Shown one piece after another: positions 52,304 through 64,000 of a DNA stretch of 64,000 nucleotides (position 1 is its first letter; every line of letters starts with the position of its first letter). The DNA comes from Eledone cirrhosa (taxonomy: Eukaryota), in the NCBI GenBank assembly GCA_964016885.1, contig OZ024743.1:222890001-222954000 (forward strand). The letters are read 5' to 3'. Position numbers and translations under genes: made by a program. The notes beneath the pieces were generated by a model. It did not search any database and was not told where the DNA came from. It was given only the letters and a program-made list of their open reading frames with translations.

Positions 52304-52484
52304 AGGCCAACAAGTCTTGACTTTGCAACAATATTTTGTTTGTTAGAAGAGGTAGACTCAACCAGTCATAATTTGGTCAGTTACATCTGTGAACTCTGTT
52401 TGCTTCATTCAGAATTGGGACAATACTCTGCTGCAGAAACAGCAGCTAGTGCTTTCATTCTGTCGCGCATCATATTAAGATTTG
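52304..52484 (+). CDS. CCNF: Cyclin F exon 10 (cyclin C-terminal domain)
   Basis: tttcag| RPTSLDF...SYICELCLLHSELGQYS...AASAFILSR |gtatgt. Confidence 0.95.
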
Positions 52485-52759
52485 GTATGTCAACTCTTAC
52501 TTCCACTTAACCTAAATGTTTTGTTTGTTTGGTTTTTGTTTTTTTTTTTGCTATGTTGTGGGTGGACATTTCTGGTGTCATTTGTTTTGTGTATTGTAAA
52601 GATGCATAGATTAGTTAGGTCAGGGGAACCACATCTTTACACGTTTTATTTTGGCATAATTTCTACAGCCAGATGCATTGTTTAGTGGCACCAGCACAAG
52701 GGGTTGTCTTTGACACAATTGAGGCACCAAATTGTACGTCATTATCATCATCAGTTTAA

Positions 52760-52928
52760 CCCTTTAGCATCCGCATTAATTTTCAAATGTCATGCTTATC
52801 TGTTCATATTATTTTGAGTTACTCAAGAGGGTTATCAATTTTATTTGTTTGTAATTTTCTTAATTTTCTATGTGCAGGCTTGAAATTTTGTCGGATGTTT
52901 AAATATCAATTTACAATTATATAATTTT

Positions 52929-52963
<35 letters not shown>

Positions 52964-53658
52964 TCAATTTTGACTTTTATGTTCCAGTAATCCCAGTCTT
53001 GGAAATTGTTTTATACCGAACATAATATTTACGGCAAAAAATGCTTGCATTTCCGCAGCATCTGTCGGTCGCCAAACAGATTGAGTTTTCCTCGATTTAA
53101 AATCTGTTGTTGGGCATATCGATTAATCTCTTCTGGCACAACTTCAAAGAAAGTTTGTGGTAAAAAGAAATAATCCAGTGCTTTAGCATCGGGAGCTAAT
53201 GTGCGTTGTGGACCATTATTTTGAATAAAATCGAGGACATATATTGGTGTGGTATTTTTCAACCATGTTGCTGTAATATTTTCAATGGCATTCTAGAGAT
53301 CTCCTTCGTTTTCACTTTCAAAACGATCATCGTCGGACGAAATTTCAGAAATATAAACATCAGATTCATTTGAAGATAAATCACTAATATTATCGTTTGT
53401 TTCTTGTTTATTCTGAATGTCATGTGTAAAACCTTCAAAGTCGGCATCGCCACTTTCATAAGCCATGTTGATACAAAAAAAAAAAAATTGTATTTTCAAA
53501 GTTAAAAAAACACTTGTTTTAAGTTGTTTAACTATATTAAGTGTTGATTTTCGCGGTAAGAGCCTAATCTCGAATTGATGAGATTTTGATAATGGTTTGC
53601 TTATTTTTTTTTTATTTTTTTAGTGTGGGTGTTTTGGGGCGGTTTGAGCACTAAAGGG
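52760..53658 (-). mobile_element. Internally deleted piggyBac-like element
   Basis: TTAA|CCCTTTAG...CTAAAGGG|TTAA ends; minus ORF pieces with acidic N-terminus and F..NNGP...AKALDYFF...FFE...EINRYAQQ, the piggyBac transposase N-terminal pattern. Confidence 0.8.
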
Positions 53659-54449
53659 TTAAACGGGCTGTGATCAAACGAGTTTTTATCAGAAAAACGG
53701 AAAGCTAAGAAATCTTTTAACAATAGAGAAATTATGGGAAAACTGCAGCTCGTTTAGTTTTTTTTTTTTTTTTTAAATGACTTGTCTAATTTCAGAATTG
53801 CCTTGAATTATTTTAGTAGTGCCACTTGCCTTATGATAGGCCATATCCTATGTGGCCCACTGCTCAAAAAGGTTGTCCATTCCTGTTATAGGGCTATGTG
53901 TGTATATGTACACACACATTACAATCATTGCCTCAGGTAAAGACTATAACTACTCTTTTGCACATTTTGTTTAATAACAAAGCAGAGAAAGCTCCTTATA
54001 TGTTCTAGTCGCAATTTTTTTTTTTCTACGTAGTTACTAGAAATAGTAGCCAAAGCTCCTTTAAATCATAACTTGTTGTTGGATAACATGCTTCTGCATA
54101 TAGGTAACAATTTTCCTGAGGTTCTAAAATACTAAGGTGTTTATCTCTAAAAACCTGCCATAATTTTCTGTAAGCAACTTTCTAAACACCAGCTTAATGA
54201 GATAGTTATATTACTAATTTCCTACAAATTAGAAATGTGTGAAATCATTGATAAACCAAACTTAATATATCGTATTCTCCACTTCCATATTTTGATTTCT
54301 CTTCTTTTGTTTGAACACGCACACATGTATTTGTAGAAATGAAGGTATAGTTTGTCTAGCAAAATTTACATATCTTTTCTGATAGCTATTAAAAGCCGTT
54401 TCAATTAATGAGCTTTTTTTTTTTCCCCCCCCCTTTCCATTCTTTACAG

Positions 54450-54537
54450 ATCTCCTATGGCCAGAGAAAATGGCAAGTTTTACTGGATTTGGTCTTCGAG
54501 ATCTTAGTTCTTGTGTTATACATATTCATAGAAAATG
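54450..54537 (+). CDS. CCNF: Cyclin F exon 11
   Basis: ttacag| LLWPEKMASFTGFGLRDLSSCVIHIHRK |gtatgt; phase 1/2. Confidence 0.93.
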
Positions 54538-55134
54538 GTATGTACTTTGTTTCAAATGGTGTTAAAAAAAAAAAAAAAAAAAAAAAATTAAAAATAACTG
54601 TCCAAAACTGTTCTGATACAAAACTCTTTATTTTAAAATAGTAAAAACTTTTAGGTTGTGTTCCAAATGTGAAAGTTTGAAAATAACTGGAGGAATTTAG
54701 TTATATAACAATTATTTGAAATACATAGATACCAGCTTTCTTAGCTGATATTTGCATTATAATGCTTAATTTGTAGAGGTTAGAAAGATGATAGTGGTCT
54801 AGCTTCCTCCATACCTAAATCTTACCAATCGGTAATTATGTGGTGCCTTATGACAACAGAGAATGAAGTGAGATGTGACTGTTGCCCTGTGTATGTAGTA
54901 CAGCAAATTGGTGCCAATTCTAATGGCACACAAGGATAGTATATCTATTCTAATCCAGATACACTGAACTGCTCATTTTAAAATGTTTATCCTTTTATTA
55001 AAACTTTCCATCATTTTACTTCAGAAAGTTTTTATAAGTAATGATCTAAATAGCTTACTAATGACCAGTGTTGTTTCATTAGAAATGCACTATAAAGTGG
55101 TTTAACTTATTCTGACTTATTTTTCTCTATTCAG

Positions 55135-55234
55135 CTTTTTTGAAGGTGTTGTTATTGACCATCGTGATGTTGTCTTACAAGCTGTGAAACTACGATACAG
55201 TAGTGAACATTTTAATAAAGCTAGTGATAAAGCG
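55135..55234 (+). CDS. CCNF: Cyclin F exon 12
   Basis: attcag| FFEGVVIDHRDVVLQAVKLRYSSEHFNKASDKA |gtaagt; D.R.V.L.AVK.R motif. Confidence 0.93.
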
Positions 55235-56803
55235 GTAAGTTTATACTCTTATGGTAGTTCACTGTCTTTCTTGCATCGTTTTGTTGCCAACTCTGCCAAA
55301 ACCAGCTGAGTGGTTTTATTTCATAGAACCAATTTAAACGTTTTCAATTTTAAAATCTTCCAACATAAGCTCAGGACACTGCATCCTTCAAAATTTTCAT
55401 GCTTCCCGAAATGTGCCAACACTGCACCTGATATTCCTCCTCCATACACACATGCACACGTGTCTGTATATCATGACCCGTACACTTCACTGCACCTGGT
55501 ATTTGTATATTATTCTATGTACTATACATGCACCTCTCCACAGCTAAATTCTATTTGCACCTCATAGATACGTTGAGATAAAGCCTTTACCACAAAAATA
55601 CAATAGTATATATATAGAGTAATATAAATGCTAAAGGGTTAAAATGCCTGAAGCACTGTTCCAGGACAGTGCACCTTATGAGTTAAGGGTCATTTATTTA
55701 TTTTTGTTTTTCGCTATTCCATTGTTGACTGCTGCTGTATATAATGAATTGGTAAAATAAATGCTACGTGCTGTGATGTGGTATTGTGTTACTAATACTG
55801 CAGTCATGAATAATCAGTCTTAACTGCTTTTTGTTGCTGCATTTAATCAGGAATTCTAACCATGAGTGCATAAAATGTGTTTAGGTTTTTATTTGAATCT
55901 ATGAATGTTAAGGTGATGGTGCTATGATAGGGCTGGAGTCATAAAAACACATACAAAATGTATTATCAGATGCAACCTTGTAGGAGGCCAGCTAAACAGA
56001 TGTAGGGGTGAACTATAGAAATAACGTGTACCAACTTGAAAAATGAAATAATTTCTATACAATGAAGTAAAACTTCAAACCATGAAGTGTCTGCCAGTTC
56101 AAGCAGAACCCTTTGTCAAAACGAAAAAAATGTCAGCAGGTGTTGAGGATTAGTGAAATGTGGTGGGTGTGGAGACCTAATGGATGAGTGGGGCGTCTTC
56201 AAGTGTTAGTGGAGGCAAGGAGTCTGTCGGAGAGTGAAAATAAAATGATTTTGAAGAGTGTGAGTAACAAGGAAACTTTGTAGGTAAATGTATGTGTATG
56301 CATACACAAGCACAATCCCTGCTTGCAAGGCTTAGATGGACTGTCTTGCCCATTTTTAAGTGGTTTTAATGGCTGGGTGCCTTTTGTGGTATGCCCACTA
56401 CCACTTCATGGGATGAAGAAATATCTGTAATTAATGAATGCTCTGCAGATACAGGCTAGCTGATATATAATCAGTTTCATGTCCATTTTGTCCACGTTGA
56501 CATTGGTTAGAAGGGTTATCATATTCTGTGACCATGTCTTACTCATACATTTCATTTTGGCATAGTTTCTACAGCTAGGGCTATGTTAAGTGATACCAGC
56601 ATTACCACATTGTAGAAGGTGCTGTGCCCATCCATTCTAGCTTCAACCACAGCCAATTTCTTGCAGATAAGAATCCACCTCAATACTGGATTTACTTTTA
56701 CTCTTTAAAATGTATTTATTTATTGCTGAAAGCCAAAGTTGGCATCCTTACTTTTACTTTCTGTAAAAGGGGGAGTAATTCATTTGTTATTTAGAAGTTG
56801 AAA

Positions 56804-56845
<42 letters not shown>

Positions 56846-56867
56846 GTTTTGGTTTGCTTTCTTTTAG

Positions 56868-57004
56868 ATACCACCCTATGGTGATGTTTGTTCTCGTCTT
56901 GGGATGGCTAGCCAACAGCAGATAAGTGATCCAAATCATCGGCGTAAATGTAGGAACACTAAAGATTTGATAATGTCACCATCTCGTAAAAAGGCTGTCA
57001 AAAG
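56868..57004 (+). CDS. CCNF: Cyclin F exon 13
   Basis: ttttag| IPPYGDVCSRLG...IMSPSRKKAVK |gtggag; SPS plus basic NLS-like stretch; phase 0/2. Confidence 0.85.
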
Positions 57005-57609
57005 GTGGAGTACATATTGTCGCACTCGTTGTTGTTTTTTATGAGAAATGGTTGCCTGGTTAAGTTAATGATGAATGATATTGGTTGTTAAATTGAGAAA
57101 TTTTTTTTTCTTTTGTTTTCTTTCTGTCGGTTATGTCTTGATGTATTGTTGAATTTTGCTTCATCATAACATTCTCCACCTATTCAACACTTGACGTAAA
57201 TTCTCGCCAAAATTATCTTGTTCAATCAAACACACGAGAAGCTCATTTGTGGTGGGTTGAATCAGCTTCATGCAAATAATTTTCTTTGTAATCGTAATAC
57301 ACAAGCATATATGTATAAACAAAACAAATCGGTTATGAAACTTCAAGGATAACTCTTTCTTCTCTGGCAGCTTTTGCCACTTATTACCTCCCTTTTAACA
57401 TTAGGATGTTTTATCACTTAGTTCTCTAAGCCGGATAGTAAAAGTCTTAATGTTTTTACCATTATTATAAACTTATTTTTTTTAAAAGATATTGCAAAAA
57501 CAAATTCATAATTCCTTTGTTAAATTAAATAAACAATTTATTATAAATTATGAGCAAAAAAAAAAAAAACATCAAAGATTTTAAACGATGATTCTTCAAT
57601 TCAATATAT

Positions 57610-57950
57610 TTGGCAGAAATTAAAACATTTCGCCTTGAATTGTTGCGTGGTTGACGCGTTGACTACTTCTGGAAGCTGATTCCGGGGTCCAGAGATGGAT
57701 CAAGAAAGCAGCTTTTTGTCATGTCCACGTAGACTCCTTTCAAGTGCCGGAGTGAATAGATCTTGAGGCCATTGAAGAGATTGTAAGCTAAAATGAGATC
57801 GCCTTGTAGCCATCGACGCTCCAAGGAGAAGAGGTTCAGCTTCTGCAGCTGGCTTTCGTAGGGCAGCTCACGAAGACCCTGTACCATTGGTTGCTAGTTG
57901 TTGAATTCTCTCCAAGTGATGGATATCCTGGATGAGATATGGGTAGAGAT
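57610..57950 (-). mobile_element. CR1-like LINE 3' fragment in CCNF intron
   Basis: YPYLIQDIHHLERIQQLAT/MVQGLRELPYESQLQKLNLFSLERRWLQGDLILAYNLF. Confidence 0.85.
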
Positions 57951-59389
57951 TTCCACCATTTGTTGAACTTCTTTCCAATGCAGTAGGTGGCTCGGAGTGG
58001 TCTGCATGGTTCACACCTTTCATGTGCTTAGTGTAATCTCCCCCCCCCCCCCGACACGGCACATTGTTTTATTCCCTGGGTCATTGTTTTCGATGACACT
58101 TGAGTCTTCCAGACTGGCATAGGTTTTCAGGGTTAGTCTTATGCCAACCCATTGTCACTAGGTTCCCATTTTGTTTTTTAATCAAGTCACCTTGTTTTTA
58201 CAATTTGGCTGAGGTAATAGCTTTTGGCATACCTCTTTTGCTTGTGGTGCAATGTGCGAACAGAAGTCTAATTTTGTAAAGTTCCTCAAACAGTTGAAAA
58301 GAAATTATAATAGATATGTTGTTTTGTCTCCATATGTCTCTTGTGAAGTCAGTGTAACCAACATGGGTTGGATTCTGGATGACATCAGAAATCTGAAAAT
58401 ATTGACTCGGTTTATCTAACCTGTCTCTGGTAATTAAATCCCTGTAGACTGAAACAAAATGTCTTTGAAGAAATGTCATGATTAGGCACAAACAATCCCC
58501 ATCATTAAAGAGGCAATGTAGGCGCTTGTTTTAGATGCAGTTTTTTATACCCCTTCACATCTGGCCCTATCAACTCACCATTTTTGTTGGCTTCGTTTGC
58601 CATCATATCGAATAGTTCAGGATTAAATGATAGATTCTGAGAAAAGAAATGTTTTTTTTTTTTTTGTTTTTTTTTTTGTTTTTTCTGCTTTAACTACATC
58701 AGTAAAGCCTTCAAAAATATCACGTTCACTATCTGGCACAATTTTATTTTTTATTTAAATTGTAACATGGTTCTCGCATAACTAAGCACATTCTAAAATT
58801 ATTCATAAAACACTCCGATTGGTGAAAGCTAAGCATAACTTCCTCATTCAACCAATCGCTGAGCATTTTACATCAGAACTGGACACGCTTCAAAGCACGA
58901 ATAGACTGCTGTTGCAAAACCTCTACAGGTGGGATTGGACTCTGGATGAATTCTGACATCACGAGTATACATGGGGCCAGGGATGAACAAAATAAGGCAG
59001 TTGAATGATACCCGACACAAAGGAAGATGTTAGATGGCAAAATAAACTTCTTCTTTTCTCCTATTCCTACCAAAAATTATTCAGAAACGAAGTATTTGTT
59101 TCTCAAAAAAAAAAAAAAAAAAAAAAAAAAAACTATAGTTACCTATTTGCTTTACATTCTGGTAAATTTTATTAACCATTTTAACGTATTTCTCATTAAA
59201 GGCATTGATTTTAAAATTAATTTTTAAACAAATAAAAAAAATTGCGGGAGATTTAATAAAATAATCTGGCTGAACAATAGTGGCAGTATAGCCAAAAGTT
59301 GTTTATTTAAAAAAATAAATAAATAAATAAATAAAGCATACAGCTGTGTTCCATGAGTCTTGGATGTTCTGCAAAAGTATGGGTTTAAC

Positions 59390-60100
59390 AGCTTGTTACC
59401 TTGAAATCCTTATGTTCAGATAAATGGTGCTGTCAAAACCATTCAATGTGGGTGTCAGTTTTACCAAGGGTGCGTGTTATCACTTCTGTTCGTAATTTTC
59501 ATGAACAGGAATGATATGCACATCTGGATTGGAAATGGTATCAATCAGCTGATATGTGCAGATGATGTGGTGCTGTTTAACACAATTGGTGATCCCTGGC
59601 ATGCACTTTATAGGTTTCCCCACAAAGATTGACATGTTCATCTTCTCAAAAGCCTATGCAGTACACTCTATATGTGAGTGGAGTTAGACTGAAGCAGGTG
59701 AAGTTCAAATATCTCTGGGCTGTTTTCACAGTTGGAACTTGGAAGCTGAATTAAATGCAGGAATTGTTGGAGTTGGTACAATTTCATCATTCAATAATTA
59801 AGAGGTATGTGTAAAAGCAAAGAATATAATCAAATCCAAGCAACCAAAATGGAGTTACTTCAAAGGGTCTTCGAAGTAACGTTACTTGATAGGGTGCGTA
59901 GCTTGGAGACCAGTCACTCCAGGTAGAGCCACTACTTATCTGAATTGAGGGGTCACAGTTCCAATATTACAGGCGCGTGATTAAAATGTCACAGGAAAGA
60001 GTTGCAAGATGGTTGGATAACGTCCATGAGCTTAGTTGGTCTCATCTGGGTATCCAGCCAGATTATCTGCAAGGTGTATCTGGGAAAGCTGTTTCCACAA
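59390..60100 (+). mobile_element. RTE fragment in CCNF intron, decayed
   Basis: QLICADDVVL, KFKYL, IQATKMELL, DRVRS, VEPLLI.IEGSQ motifs; same family as 39.1 kb. Confidence 0.7.
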
Positions 60101-60960
60101 CCCTCTTTGGTATATGGGGGAAAAAGGACTTCGTCATTAAACTGGTATTTAGGAACATAACTTAAAGATTCTTGTATAAAATCATGATGGAATGCGTTAA
60201 ACATAAATGCTTAAAATGAGCAGCTTTGTATTGTAAAACCAGAGGCAGGTTACATTTGTTTCTGAACTCAACAGGGTGCACCAAGTCCATTTTATTATGG
60301 CAGCAACACTGGGAAAGTTGGCATGCCTTTAAACACAAACGAAGAATCCTCTCCACTCTTTCTTTGCTTGCTTATGTGTGTGTAGGGAGAAACGAAGCTG
60401 CGTTTACATAGTTACTATTGTGTATAGGGAGAAACGAATCTGCGTTTACATAGTTATTATTGTGTATAGGGGTACGCGCGTAAGCAAGTGATTGGCTCAA
60501 GGTCACCCGCAGAGGTTATGGATCCAACTACATTGTTACAACTGTTGTTGCTGCCTGATGGGCAATTGTAATCTGACACCAAAACTACACCACTTCACTG
60601 AGGAGGTTCATTCTCCAATTTCCCTGAATGTGTTTGTCTAATGCTTGATTGTGAATACCTTGCTGACCATCAACCGTTCAAGTCCTCACACACTTATATA
60701 TTTGTAGACATGCAAAAGAAATAAAGGGCCGATTATATACGCCCAACATTTCGCCGATCACCAGTCTGATGTGTAGATTGATACTGGAGTCAGGTTCATA
60801 ACTTTCATAGGTGCCCTTGAGTTTTTGCTTTTCATGGTTGAGCTGTGGCCCTTACTAAAACTTCAATTTCCTCGTAGGAGGCCAGCTAATACTTTGAATA
60901 ATACTGTCTATATTAATGTAACTTTTAAATAATTTTTGTTTTAATATATATATATTACAG

Positions 60961-61109
60961 ATCAATAAGTGATAAAGATTTCTTTGGTGTTCCAACAACA
61001 TCCAGTGGTAACAATTCTACCCAAGTTCAGCCAGCTCCATCTTTGCTCAATGAATCAGTATTATCCGGTTATGAAGGGGACGAGGAAGATTCTGTGATAG
61101 ACAATGATC
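60961..61109 (+). CDS. CCNF: Cyclin F exon 14
   Basis: ttacag| SISDKDFFGVPTT...VLSGYEGDEEDSVIDND |gtgagt; SGYEGD motif as in vertebrate cyclin F; phase 2/1. Confidence 0.88.
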
Positions 61110-61189
61110 GTGAGTAGTTATTGACTCTTCTTTTCTCTTTCAGTTTACTTCAACAATAGCAAGCTTTTAAAGGCCATTTACCCTGTTAA

Positions 61190-61376
61190 CCCTTTAGCAT
61201 TTACATTTACTCTATTGTATTTTCATGGTAAAGGCTTTATCTCACATAATATCGAATCTATGAGATTTTGATATTTATTTTGAGAACAATACTTTTACAT
61301 CAGTATGAGTGGCCAGTTTGAACAGAAAGTGGTGAGGGAATTCTAGCTGGATATGGTCGGTTTCAATGCTAATGGG
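61190..61376. mobile_element. piggyBac-type MITE
   Basis: TTAA|CCCTTTAGCATTTA...TGCTAATGGG|TTAA. Confidence 0.85.
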
Positions 61377-61772
61377 TTAAAGCAAGTTAGCCTTGTATGC
61401 CTCAACAAGCGACTCCATTTTGCTATATCATTTGCTTTGCCCTTCAGTAGCCCCCAGACTCTCATATCTTCCATCATTTGTTTTAAAAGATTCCTCTTTA
61501 AATTAAAATCTTCCAACATAACCATATATTAGATTATTATCTTAGTAATGAAATAATTAATAATTTTAGTAAATACCTCAATCTTTAATGAATCCTTTTG
61601 TTACCATGTTTTTAATAAAATTACATTTCATATGTATTTCAAAATGGAGGGTGGGGTATATATGAAGGGTAAATTGAAATAGAACCTAACGTATTCTATT
61701 AGAAACAGTCACAAAAATGGTTACACCCCGATTTCTTTAACTTTTGTTTTTTGTTTTGTTTTTTTCCCCCAG

Positions 61773-62236
61773 AAGAACATAAACCTATGGATGTTCCATC
61801 AACGTGTTCTTGTGATCCTGCTGATTGTGGTGTTGGTGGTATGACTGCTGCTCCTGTCCGTTATCAGGGACGATCTTATATCGTCTTTACACGCTCAGCA
61901 ACTTCTTCTGGTTCTGCCGCGGCTGCAGGTTCTCATATGGATTCACCCCCTAGCGGGGCTGCTGTTGACAACAGCAGTGTACGCCAGGGCTCACCTTGTG
62001 GCCAACCAGATGGCTGTAACCTCTGTCATTTGCTTGACATTCGATCACAGGCAAGAAATGTGTGCGATTCTGAAACTGAGGAGGATTCAGATGGAGACTA
62101 TGAAAATGACAAATTAACTTCTGCGTTTGTGAGGACTAGATCTCGTGCCCGGCCACAATGTGTTGTTGGCAGCAGCTTCAAGAGGAAGTGTAAAACTCAG
62201 ATTGGCAGCGCTTCCAAGACTTTTGTCATTCCATAG
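61773..62236 (+). CDS. CCNF: Cyclin F terminal exon 15 (low-complexity/PEST-like tail)
   Basis: long pyrimidine tract, cccag|, phase 1, open to TAG 62234-62236; summed CDS 2346 nt = 781 aa. Confidence 0.85.
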
Positions 62237-64000
62237 ATGGCTCTTTTTATGACTGCACTCAGGAATGTTTTTCACTATATGTGATGATGGTAGTAATCAT
62301 GATGATTATGTGAATGTGTATGTGTGTGTGTATATATGTATATGTATTGCTCATGTGTATGTATATATGTTGGTGTATTGCTTGTGTATATATGTGTATG
62401 TGCAAGAATAATGGGTGTATATTTGTGTGGGTGTCTATATATATTTATATTGGTAAAGTAGATTTGGAAAATTACACAGCTAGTGGGTCTTGGCTAACTA
62501 AATGTTGTAGTTAGTCTTTCTCTGTTTAGTGAAGAAAAGTGTCATTGGCTGAGTCTACTATGCTGTAGTAAAAATGTACCAGTTGTCTTTGTGCCAAGTG
62601 TATTACTGTTGGACATTATAAACAATATTTTTGTTTGTGTGTGTGTGTGTGTGTGCATTATAATTAAATTGAAAAGAGAAAAACAAAAAATGCTAGCTAG
62701 AGTTCTATCGACCACATTTTTTTTTTTCTTTTTACTGCAGCAACAACCAAGCATATTATGACCCATTTTCCCTGCTAAATTACAGGTTTAGCCTTGTATA
62801 CCCCCATGATGAACTTCATACGACACTTTTTTTTTAGTCAAGGTATTACTATTGGATGCCTTTATTGACACTGACCCCTTTTAGTCACCTCTTACAATAG
62901 TCAGTGATACAGTCAACCCATTCTAAACTGTATTCATACATTTCTTTTTCTGCAGCTAAGATAAAAGTTGATTCTTTAATCTGATGAATAATGACTTAAT
63001 GGTTTGTGTAGTCAGGAAAGAAGCAAGCTCTGTACTCTGTAAATTGACAATTTGCAGCTGTGTTAACAAAGTTGCAGTGTCGTTGATACTTTATATGTAA
63101 TCACATAGCTCTCAGCTGTGTATTTAACATCAGGAATTGGGTAACATTCCAATTACACTATATACATGTATGTGTGTATATATATTTTTGTTTTAATCAG
63201 CCATATGTAAAACATAAAGCCCATGTAATACTGAATAGGTTAGATGTATTATCTTGTATAAATTAACCTGTTTAAGTAGGAAACCAGATGGTAACCAAAA
63301 TGTGAATTATTTTTATGCAAATAGATGCGCACTGGTATGCTACTGATTGGCCATCGGCTTTGGTTCCAGACCCATGCCAAAGGATCCATTTTGCTAGACT
63401 AGATAACAATTCTCTAGAATTATATTATGATGTCAGAAACAATCCTTATCCTTTAACTATAATAATGTTTGAAAATGAATTAACAAGTCTGGTGGATAAT
63501 GAGAAATTCGATCATCCACCCATAATTATATCCAGATTAACAGAAGTGCTGGAAAATATGTTGTACCTGTATGTATGTGCGTGTGTGTGTGTATAGATAT
63601 ATAGATATATATATATGATGTAATAATAAAGGTGTGTGAGGAGGGGAGTGGTTATGTCATAATCACTCCCCTCACACACCTTTATTATTACATCATTGCT
63701 CAATACAGAGTTTCTTTTTTTATTCATTTACTTGGAAGATGAAATGTATTTTATGAATTTTTTTTTAAAATAAATAATTTTATTGTGGCAAGTACCACAG
63801 AGGAAGTGATCAACTCTTGGTGTAAGTAGTCTGAGCTGACTTCTATTCTTTGTTAGCTAAGTTCACTTCTACTTTAGTGATAGGTATAAGGCTTGGTTGG
63901 GTAGAGTGTTGGGCTCATGATTACAATATCAGGGGTTCAATTGTTGGAGTGATCAGTATGTTTTTGTGCAAAATATTGCTCCACTCTACTCAGTTGAAAA

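Noticed and set aside
63315-63596. 93-aa ORF downstream of CCNF
   Set aside because: No recognisable motifs or splice context; probably 3' UTR or intergenic.

Overview
Eukaryotic, AT-rich, repeat-dense genomic DNA; the SINE/LINE repertoire and (TA)n/(GAT)n microsatellites look cephalopod (Octopus-like; inference). The right third holds a spliced cyclin F (CCNF/FBXO1) gene on +: 14 exons from 45447 to 62236 with GT-AG junctions whose phases all join in frame, plus a probable 7-nt first coding exon at 41039-41045, giving 781 aa. The left 40 kb has no confident host gene. It is a mosaic of RTE LINEs carrying a PHD-like Cys/His insert in the RT, CRE- and R4/Dong-like RLE LINE fragments, mariner, hAT, piggyBac-derived and Helitron elements, tRNA-derived SINEs and minisatellites. 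The main hidden signal is a cluster of at least 7 minimal type I hammerhead-ribozyme motifs with dissimilar sequences (11.4-32.1 kb). They have palindromic stem III loops, a mismatch at the base of stem II and in several cases very long stem II, and most lie in short modules next to (TA)n tracts and fold-back palindromes. One sits in the 3' region of a Penelope-like GIY-YIG fragment, which ties them to Penelope-like retroelements. All family assignments come from motif recognition by eye; no database searches were run.
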